Assembly (NCBI GenBank): GCA_031372065.1
Contig: JANMKN010000274.1
Location: forward strand, 1 to 20,804
Source: Abditibacteriaceae bacterium
GTDB lineage: Bacteria > Armatimonadota > Abditibacteriia > Abditibacteriales > Abditibacteriaceae
Length of the DNA stretch: 20,804 nt
Direction of reading: 5' to 3'
A model generated the notes under the pieces. The model searched no databases, was not told the DNA's origin, and saw only the letters and a list, made by a program, of their open reading frames with translations. This document shows positions 14,141 to 20,804 of the stretch, one piece after another (position 1 is the first letter of the stretch; each line of letters starts with the position of its first letter). The translations under genes and the position numbers were made by a program.

Positions 14141-16285
14141 ATGATGGAGCAGGACAAAGCAGGTGCAGAAATTGTAGAGGGCGAATCAAAAATGAATGTC
14201 CTCAGCCGAGAACAGATTGAGGAACTGGTCAACGAAAAAGCGGATCATGCCAAGACTGTTGTTGTATTTATTCATGGCATCGGCGTTCAAGACCGATTTC
14301 AGCAGCTTGTTTCTTTTACTCAGGGGCTGCGTTATACACCAAAAGCGGGAGAGTTTTGGGTTAGCAAACGTGGCACAGATGATACGCCTCAAGGGCAAAA
14401 TGTCCCTTTGCGTATTATTCCCCGTCAGGCCGCTAATGGGGCTACCAGCAGAAAATATGTTGATGTTGATGTGTGTGAAGTTTATTGGGCACCTTTATTA
14501 AATGGTTTGACAACATGGTCTGCTGTTTTGCGGTGGCTCGCTTTAACACTGAAAGAAGTCCCCAAGATTTTTTTGACGCGCTGGACTTATCCACAAAACC
14601 CGCAATACCTTCACGATGCCAACTCTCAAGTAAACGAAGCAAAAAAAATCATTGACAACATTCCTTCTGCTGCACCTGACGATCTTAAAAAGCATCTCAC
14701 GCAAGTTGACGACTGTTTGGCGGAAGCCCAAGCGCAAATTACCAAAATACAGTCGAATCTTTCAACTCAAAAAGACTATCGCTTTCGCATTAAGGTAGAA
14801 CTTTCCGCTGCCAAAGATTTCATTTCCGAAGCCAAAGACGAAATATCCACAGCAAAAAAGATTTGCGTCTCAGATAAAATCAAAGATGATTTGGACGAAG
14901 CAAAAAAAGCGCTTTCTGCTGCTAAAAAAGCTCTTTCTTTTGCGAAAAACCCACTCCCCACTGCAAAAACCAGTCTTGGCAAATGGATGTGGCAAATTGG
15001 TTATTTTACCCTCGCGTTCTTTGTAGCATTTGCTCTTATGTGGACGGCATTTGGCAGCCTGCTCCTAACGACTGACCAATTAGCGAATCCTAAACAAACA
15101 CTCATCACATCGCGGCTGTTTTCTCTACAGGACGATTTTAAAGAGCGCTCAACAAAACCGAGTGATTTTCGGCTGAATTTGGATAGCTTAAGGCAAGGTT
15201 CAAGCTATGTTTTTTACAGAAAAGATCAGCCGGCTGGCGTGGTTGAAGGGCTTGATGTCAATCCCAGTAAATTACTCAAACAGATCGAAATAAAATATCT
15301 TGTTTACGGACTTATATTTGTCGTAGCGCTATTCTGGCTACTGGTCAGCATAGCTGCCATTCTTCAACTTGCTTACAATTTAAGCAAAAATAACAAACGA
15401 AAAAAACGCTTCCGACAATCTCAACACGATGAAGTAGAACGCGCCATAGACAGATGCAACAAAGAGACAAGACACTTGCTTTTTTCTGGCCTTTTAAGAG
15501 CTATTGAAGGCGGAACTGCCCTCTTTGTCTTGTGTCTTTTTGATTCAGTGAGTAAGCCCATTATTGTTCTGGTGTTGATCCCGTTGACAATTTTTCTGGT
15601 GTTGCGCAAAGCGCTTTATGCAGGTCTTAGCGATGTGTTGGGTGACGTGGAAATCTATGTTACGCGCAATGAAAACAACACCAAATACAAAGGCCGCGAA
15701 GCGGTTTTAGAGAGCGCTCTCACTACGATTAAAAAGGTCTTAGATAATCCCAATTACGAAAACGTTTACATCGCCGGTCATAGTTTGGGGTCCGTCGTCG
15801 GACTTGACGCACTGCGGCGCCTTTACACCGATTATATGTTGCATTACGACGATGTAGACACAACCAAATGCGAACGTTATAAGAAAATTAAGGGATTTAT
15901 TACCTTTGGTTCGCCATTGGAAAAGACATTGCTTTTCTTTCATCGTGACGATTACCGAAGCGAGTTCTTGGAATTCAATCAGACCATTGACCAGCGGCTT
16001 TTTGATCTCACGCCAGCAGATAAAACACCTCTGCCCGATAGACACTGCATTCACTGGTTTAATTTTTGGATTGCCAGCGACATCGTTTGTGATCCCTTGG
16101 GAAGTTATCCTATAACGCCTCACCACGAAGTCAAACTGCCCGGCCACGTTAATTTCTGGTCACACAGCGACTACTGGACAGACCCACTTTTTGTGCGCAA
16201 TATATTGCACATTTTAGTTTGGTCTGATCCCAAAGAGTTAAATAAGCTGGAATTGATACAACCTAAAACACGTCGGAAGAAGTGA
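14141..16285 (+). CDS. Membrane-associated alpha/beta-hydrolase-fold protein with helical and TM insertion
   Basis: AAGGAG (14127-14132) 8 nt before ATG 14141; VVVFIHGIG, EVYWAP, AGHSLGS, FITFGSPL, SDIV and SHSDYW; about 4 hydrophobic segments and an A/K/E-rich helical region between the two halves. Confidence 0.75.
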   Translation: MMEQDKAGAEIVEGESKMNVLSREQIEELVNEKADHAKTVVVFIHGIGVQDRFQQLVSFTQGLRYTPKAGEFWVSKRGTDDTPQGQNVPLRIIPRQAANGATSRKYVDVDVCEVYWAPLLNGLTTWSAVLRWLALTLKEVPKIFLTRWTYPQNPQYLHDANSQVNEAKKIIDNIPSAAPDDLKKHLTQVDDCLAEAQAQITKIQSNLSTQKDYRFRIKVELSAAKDFISEAKDEISTAKKICVSDKIKDDLDEAKKALSAAKKALSFAKNPLPTAKTSLGKWMWQIGYFTLAFFVAFALMWTAFGSLLLTTDQLANPKQTLITSRLFSLQDDFKERSTKPSDFRLNLDSLRQGSSYVFYRKDQPAGVVEGLDVNPSKLLKQIEIKYLVYGLIFVVALFWLLVSIAAILQLAYNLSKNNKRKKRFRQSQHDEVERAIDRCNKETRHLLFSGLLRAIEGGTALFVLCLFDSVSKPIIVLVLIPLTIFLVLRKALYAGLSDVLGDVEIYVTRNENNTKYKGREAVLESALTTIKKVLDNPNYENVYIAGHSLGSVVGLDALRRLYTDYMLHYDDVDTTKCERYKKIKGFITFGSPLEKTLLFFHRDDYRSEFLEFNQTIDQRLFDLTPADKTPLPDRHCIHWFNFWIASDIVCDPLGSYPITPHHEVKLPGHVNFWSHSDYWTDPLFVRNILHILVWSDPKELNKLELIQPKTRRKK

Positions 16286-16320
16286 GCAGTTTCAAGGGCG
16301 TTGGCGGCACACCGGACCAA

Positions 16321-16614
16321 GAAATCGCCTCTCCTCGCCGCGAAATTGATGCTCGCGCCTGCGAAAACCCATCTCCGCGCCACGAAATGACTGCTCCGGC
16401 TCAAGAAAACCCATCTCATGCTCAAGAAATGGCATCTCTTGTTCGCGAAAACCCATCTCGTGTCCGAGAAATGGCATCTCGTGCCTAAGAAAACCCATCT
16501 CGTGCCCAAGAAATGACCGCTCTTGTTCGAGAAAACCCGTCTCTTGTCCGAGAAAACCCGTCTCTTGTTCAAGAAAAGAATGCTCGTATGCGCGAAAACG
16601 CTGCTCTTGTTCGC
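16321..16614. repeat. Array of 14 x 21-bp units, GAAA-N6-CTC-N8
   Basis: GAAA every 21 bp from 16321 to 16594 with CTC at unit positions 11-13 in 14/14 units; no indels; degenerate 15th unit at 16615. Confidence 0.93.
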
Positions 16615-16636
16615 GAAAATTGTCTCGTGGTTGCTA

Positions 16637-16666
16637 TTGAAATAGGTATTAATGAGGAGCGATAAT
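16637..16666 (+). promoter_or_regulatory. Possible sigma70-type promoter for the 232-aa gene
   Basis: TTGAAA-18 bp-GATAAT in an AT-rich stretch immediately after the array. Confidence 0.35.
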
Positions 16667-16722
16667 AAAATTAATGCGCCTTCGATTGGCGGAGCGCATA
16701 AATTGACAGCGGAGGAAAAACA

Positions 16723-17421
16723 ATGGATAGAGTGCAGCAAAATCGGGTGGATATGTTCAACACCACGCATGGTTACATGATGGAAAACCAAACGGTGTGG
16801 GCCAATTCGTCTGCTATGCAAGAAACGGTGGCCGATTTGGAGGCCAGCATTGATGTGATTAATGGCATCAGCGCCAAGCAAAGCGGCAATACCACGGGCG
16901 TTACCGCCGACAAAGAGCAGGCGCGCACCAACTACGAGGACTTGGTTTTCGATTTGGCCGACCAAGTGGGCGCTTATGCCGCCAAAATCGAAAATTTGGT
17001 GTTGGAAGCGCAAGTGGACATCACGCGCACCGGACTCGATAAGCTGACCAACGACGATTTAATTCGCATCGGCGACACCGTGGCGCTCTTGGTAAGCGAA
17101 AATCTGACCGCTTTAGCGCCGTATTTGGTGACGCAAGCCGATTTGGACGAATTAACCACCTTGAAAACGCGTTTCGCAGGCGTCAAAGGCGCGCCGCGTT
17201 TAGCCGTCGTCGGACGCGCCGCGCAAACCGATTCGCTGCCCGAAGCCCTCAATAACACCAGTCGCTTGCTAAATCGGCGTCTCGACCGCCAAATGAGCCA
17301 TTTTCGTCGCACCCAACCGGAATTTTTCGCCGGTTACGAAAAAGCACGCGTGATTGTCAATCGCAGCGCCACGGCGGGCACAGGCGGTAGCACGACACCA
17401 ACGCCAGTGGCGCCGCAATAG
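16723..17421 (+). CDS. Hypothetical, likely all-helical cytoplasmic protein (232 aa)
   Basis: GGAGG at 16711-16715 before ATG; codon usage like neighbouring genes; amphipathic helices; no signal peptide; G/T/P-rich tail. Confidence 0.85.
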   Translation: MDRVQQNRVDMFNTTHGYMMENQTVWANSSAMQETVADLEASIDVINGISAKQSGNTTGVTADKEQARTNYEDLVFDLADQVGAYAAKIENLVLEAQVDITRTGLDKLTNDDLIRIGDTVALLVSENLTALAPYLVTQADLDELTTLKTRFAGVKGAPRLAVVGRAAQTDSLPEALNNTSRLLNRRLDRQMSHFRRTQPEFFAGYEKARVIVNRSATAGTGGSTTPTPVAPQ

Positions 17422-17451
17422 GCCCGGCAGCATTTGACGCGGTAATTTTCT

Positions 17452-17480
17452 CTGACATAGGCGGTTTTCTGTTTTAGACT
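17452..17480 (+). promoter_or_regulatory. Possible promoter for the lipoprotein gene
   Basis: CTGACA-17 bp-TAGACT upstream of AAGGA RBS and ATG 17514. Confidence 0.25.
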
Positions 17481-17513
17481 AAGCCCGATTGAGCAAGCGA
17501 AACAAGGAAACTC

Positions 17514-18515
17514 ATGCAAAGCAAAGAAATTTTCAAAGCCGTTTTGACTTTTGGGGCGCCCGTCGCGCTGTTGGCTGGCGCTCTCGTGACGGGTTGCGGC
17601 GGTGGAGGCGGCGTCAATCCGAACCCGAACGGCACGCCGACGCCCACACCGGTGGCAACGGCGACACCGCGACCTGCCGCCACGCAGATCGTTTATGTGT
17701 CCACAGCCGGTTCCAACGCCGATTTATTTATTCTCGGCCCCGGCGGTGTCCCGGAACGCCTGACTTCGGATGCGGCCAACGATGTGCAACCGAGTTTTTC
17801 GCCCGATAAAACCAAGGTGGTTTTTTCTTCGACGCGCGATGGCAATCCTGAAATTTATGTCACCAATGCCGTGACGCAGGTTTCGCAGCGTCTGACTACC
17901 GATAGCGGCTCGACGCTGCCCGTTGACGATTCGCCGACGTATTCGCAGGCCGGAGATCGCATCGCGTGGCGTTCCACGCGTGGCGGCACATCCAATATTT
18001 TTTATATGCTGGCGACCGGCGCCAATCAAACGCGCCTGAGCAACGAAGCGGCGGGCGCCACCGACCCGTTTTGGCATCCCAACGGCGCCAGCATCGGCTA
18101 TGTCACCAAGCGCGGCGGCGTGCCGCGCATCGTCATTAAAAACATTGCCAGCGGCGCCGAGCAGATTGTGGCTCTCGACAACGGCGCGATTTCCAACGGT
18201 TCGATTTCGCACCCGCGCTTCAATCGGGCAGGGGACAAAATCGTGTTTTCCAGTCAAGCGCCGAATGGAGCCAGTTCATCGCTGTTTATTATCAACGCCA
18301 ATGGTAGCGGCTTGCAAAGCGGGCCGACAGCGGGCCGATTTAATGAATCTCCGGTGTGGAGCAACGATGGCACACGCATTATCTGGGGAGCCAGCGGCGG
18401 CGTAGCCGCCACGCCGCAGATTTATAGTGCTAATCCCGATGGCAGCGATGTGCAGGCTTTGACGAACAATGCCAATGCGAATACCAGCCCCTCGACGGGG
18501 GGCGCCAGCGGATAA
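17514..18515 (+). CDS. Lipoprotein with TolB-like (PD40) beta-propeller
   Basis: Lipobox LVTG-C, Pro/Thr linker, repeats PSFSPDKTKVVFSSTRDGNPEIY, PFWHPNG, PVWSNDG. Confidence 0.88.
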   Translation: MQSKEIFKAVLTFGAPVALLAGALVTGCGGGGGVNPNPNGTPTPTPVATATPRPAATQIVYVSTAGSNADLFILGPGGVPERLTSDAANDVQPSFSPDKTKVVFSSTRDGNPEIYVTNAVTQVSQRLTTDSGSTLPVDDSPTYSQAGDRIAWRSTRGGTSNIFYMLATGANQTRLSNEAAGATDPFWHPNGASIGYVTKRGGVPRIVIKNIASGAEQIVALDNGAISNGSISHPRFNRAGDKIVFSSQAPNGASSSLFIINANGSGLQSGPTAGRFNESPVWSNDGTRIIWGASGGVAATPQIYSANPDGSDVQALTNNANANTSPSTGGASG

Positions 18516-18532
18516 GTTGAATCTGCTAACGG

Positions 18533-18565
18533 AAAACGGCGGGCCAATGTTGGCCCGCCGTTTTT
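18533..18565. terminator. Bidirectional intrinsic terminator
   Basis: AAAACGGCGGGCCAA-TG-TTGGCCCGCCGTTTTT between convergent genes; T-tract on both strands. Confidence 0.88.
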
Positions 18566-18598
18566 GTTGAAAAGGTGAAATTTGAGGGAAGGTCAAAT

Positions 18599-20803
18599 TT
18601 ATTTGTCATCCTCGTCTTCTTCGTGCGGCTTGGCTAAAGAGCGCCCATTATGCGCGATAATCGCACGGCGATTGATGCCGGGATAGGGCACAGTTTCGCC
18701 TTTGATGCTGTGCCACAAAACGCGGTTGAGAACGTCTTCATCGGTCACGGTCAGGTGGTCGTAGCCGGAAAAATCGAGTTTCGCGGAATCGCGGGCGCCG
18801 AAAGCTAAAGCGGCGTTTTTCTCTTGCAAATTGATGCGCGCGGGCAGAGCCGTGTAAGGCGTCAAATCGGGCGTGGCGCTGAACGAATTATAAAGTGGCA
18901 TGGACGCGGCGTCGTATTGCGTGAGCGGCGGCAGGCCGAGAATCAGTTCCATTGAACGCAGCAGCGAAGTCGTGGTGTAAAAGCTGCTATCCACTTGGCG
19001 CCGCTTGACATAAGGCGAAATCACCAGCGCAGTTGTGCGGTGCGCGTCCACATGGTCAGGGCCGTTTTGCGCATCGTCTTCGATAACGAAAATCGCCATT
19101 TCATTCCAGTATTTGCTGTGCGAACACGCCTCGACGATTTTTCCCAGCCCCAAATCATTGGATGCCACCGCCGCTTTAGGCGTGAAGGCGCCGGCTTTGG
19201 TGCCTTGCGTGTGGTTTTCGCCGAGCGACATGACCATGAAACGCGGCAAGTTGTCGTTGCGCTCGAATTCTTTGAGTTCGCTGATGAAAACATCGGCCTT
19301 TTCGTAATCGCGCCCGCGAAAACTTTGCCATGCTTTGCTGGCGTGGCCGCGCAAACCTGTCACGCCGTCGCTGCTGGCCAGCGCGCTGGGCGGCGCGTCT
19401 GCGCCGCTGGCGAAAACCTGCTCACCATACGAACGATAGGAAAGTCCCTTGCGCGCACAGGCGTCCCAAATGTAACCCGATGGCGGCACGGCGACTTTTT
19501 CGTTGAGCGGCGAGGGGCCTTTGCCGCCGTAAGCGGGCGGCCATAATTTTTGCACGATGTCGCTGACAATCGCCGCCGTGCTCCACGGATGGCCGTCTGC
19601 CGACACTTCGCCGCTGCAATAAGTGTTGTCCAACAAAACATACTGGCGCGCTAATTCGTGTTGATTGGGCGTGATTTCCTCGCCAAACAGCGTCAAATTG
19701 GGGTCGCCATTGCCGCGCGCTTTGCCTTCGTGGTCTTTGAAGTCGCCAAACACTTGGTCGTAAGTGCGGTTTTCCTTGATGACGTAGAGAATATGCTTAA
19801 TCGGCGAAGCATCGCCGAGGCGCGAGGGAATAGCGTTTTGTCCCAGCGGTGGCGCTTGAACTGGCTTTTCGATAAGCGCATCATTATACGGCGTGTTGGC
19901 GTAAACCTGCTTGGTATAAGCCGCTAAACGCGTTTCATCGGGCATTTCGACTGTGGAAAGGAGGCCGCCAAGCATTTTGCCGATGTATTCGAAATCTCTG
20001 GGCACCATATTATTGATCGGCAGCTTTTTGACGGGATTGGCGCGGGTGCCCAGACCTTTGCCGCTGCCGATAAAAAGGCGCTTGCCATCGGCGGAAACCA
20101 CGACGGCTGTCGGATACCAACCGCTTGGCAAAAAGCCGCGCACATGACTTTGGCCCGGCGTTTCGACCTTCACCACGCAAATGGCGTTATTATCGGCGTT
20201 GGCCGCGAAAAGCGTTTTGCCATCGGGCGAAAGCGCAATGGCATCCGGCGTGGCGCCGGGCAGGGCGTTGGGCGTTAGCGCCGTCGAAATGCGCTCAGTT
20301 GTGGCGCCGCTTCTTGGGTCAAGCACGAAAACTTTGTCTTCGTTGCCGCACGATACAAAAAGGCGTCCATCGGGCGCGAACAGGAAATCGTTGGGATGCG
20401 CGCCCGTTGTTAAAGTGCGCACCGTTTCCAGCGTTTCGAGCTTGAGCACTAAAATGTTGCTCTCAGCCAACTGCGAAACGTAAACGCCATCGGCGCCGCG
20501 CCGCACGCAATAAGGGCGCCCGCCTTCTGTCAGTTTGCGCCGCGCTTTGATGTCGCCGTTGGTCACGTTGATGGCGAAAACTTCGTCGGTTGCCAAGTTC
20601 GCGGAATACAAAGTTTTGCGTTCTTCGTCGTAGGCCAAGCCCGAAACATACGCCTGCGCGGTGCCGCTTTCGGTTTTCGGGTCTTCAGCGTGTCGTTGAC
20701 TCAAGAGGTAGGCAAACTGTCGAATAAAATTTCGCTCCACTAACTGGCTTGGAGACAAACTTGCCTTCTTGGAGGGATTAAGTTGCAGAAAACGAGTCGT
20801 GAA
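18599..20803 (-). CDS. YncE/YVTN beta-propeller plus alkaline-phosphatase-superfamily phosphoesterase; 5' end beyond the window
   Basis: Frame is open to the window edge; propeller repeats (GAHPND, ALSPDGKTLFAANADNN, GWYPTAV), then YVIKENRTYDQVFGD, EVSADGH, EDDAQNGPDHVDAHR. Confidence 0.88.
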   Translation of the reverse strand, partial: FTTRFLQLNPSKKASLSPSQLVERNFIRQFAYLLSQRHAEDPKTESGTAQAYVSGLAYDEERKTLYSANLATDEVFAINVTNGDIKARRKLTEGGRPYCVRRGADGVYVSQLAESNILVLKLETLETVRTLTTGAHPNDFLFAPDGRLFVSCGNEDKVFVLDPRSGATTERISTALTPNALPGATPDAIALSPDGKTLFAANADNNAICVVKVETPGQSHVRGFLPSGWYPTAVVVSADGKRLFIGSGKGLGTRANPVKKLPINNMVPRDFEYIGKMLGGLLSTVEMPDETRLAAYTKQVYANTPYNDALIEKPVQAPPLGQNAIPSRLGDASPIKHILYVIKENRTYDQVFGDFKDHEGKARGNGDPNLTLFGEEITPNQHELARQYVLLDNTYCSGEVSADGHPWSTAAIVSDIVQKLWPPAYGGKGPSPLNEKVAVPPSGYIWDACARKGLSYRSYGEQVFASGADAPPSALASSDGVTGLRGHASKAWQSFRGRDYEKADVFISELKEFERNDNLPRFMVMSLGENHTQGTKAGAFTPKAAVASNDLGLGKIVEACSHSKYWNEMAIFVIEDDAQNGPDHVDAHRTTALVISPYVKRRQVDSSFYTTTSLLRSMELILGLPPLTQYDAASMPLYNSFSATPDLTPYTALPARINLQEKNAALAFGARDSAKLDFSGYDHLTVTDEDVLNRVLWHSIKGETVPYPGINRRAIIAHNGRSLAKPHEEDEDDK

Positions 20804-20804
20804 G

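Noticed and set aside
16321..16614. CRISPR array
   Set aside because: Conserved blocks are only 3-4 nt, the variable parts are 6-8 nt and related to each other, and there are no cas genes.
16171..17013. 280-aa minus-strand ORF crossing the array
   Set aside because: It overlaps two better-supported plus-strand genes antisense; its openness is explained by repeat periodicity and codon shadowing.
17514..18515. Bona fide tolB
   Set aside because: It is a lipoprotein with only the propeller; there is no TolB N-terminal domain and no tol-pal neighbours.
20700..20804. TTG start at 20758 or a foreign insertion at the right edge
   Set aside because: The frame stays open to the window end and no signal peptide is present, so the gene most likely begins outside the window.

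Overview
Bacterial genomic window (GC-rich core; the taxon cannot be fixed from sequence alone). The minus strand carries a housekeeping operon: HIT protein, four-helix-bundle gene, yqeY, phoH, PgpH-like 7TM-HD phosphodiesterase, ybeY and two tandem CNNM/CorC (hemolysin-family) genes. A GH35 beta-galactosidase follows and runs off the left edge; it is missing from the ORF track. The plus strand carries a secreted esterase, a sodium:solute symporter, an AT-richer membrane-split alpha/beta hydrolase, a 232-aa helical hypothetical protein and a TolB-like lipoprotein, converging on a beta-propeller/phosphoesterase gene cut by the right edge. Intergenic DNA is unusually rich in structure: a 14-unit 21-bp array (GAAA-N6-CTC-N8, all units different) in front of the 232-aa gene; a 42-bp palindromic array; a 149-bp MITE-like hairpin; a Y1 (HUH) transposase with four covarying REP-like double hairpins; and inverted 7/8-mer repeat arms at three operon junctions, one pair enclosing the four-helix-bundle gene. 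There is also an out-of-frame 59-bp duplication in the GH35 gene at the window edge and a probable ~200-bp HD/ybeY overlap. No rRNA, tRNA, CRISPR or reverse transcriptase was seen. The best candidate for an undescribed system is the 21-bp array plus 232-aa gene, but its function is inference only.
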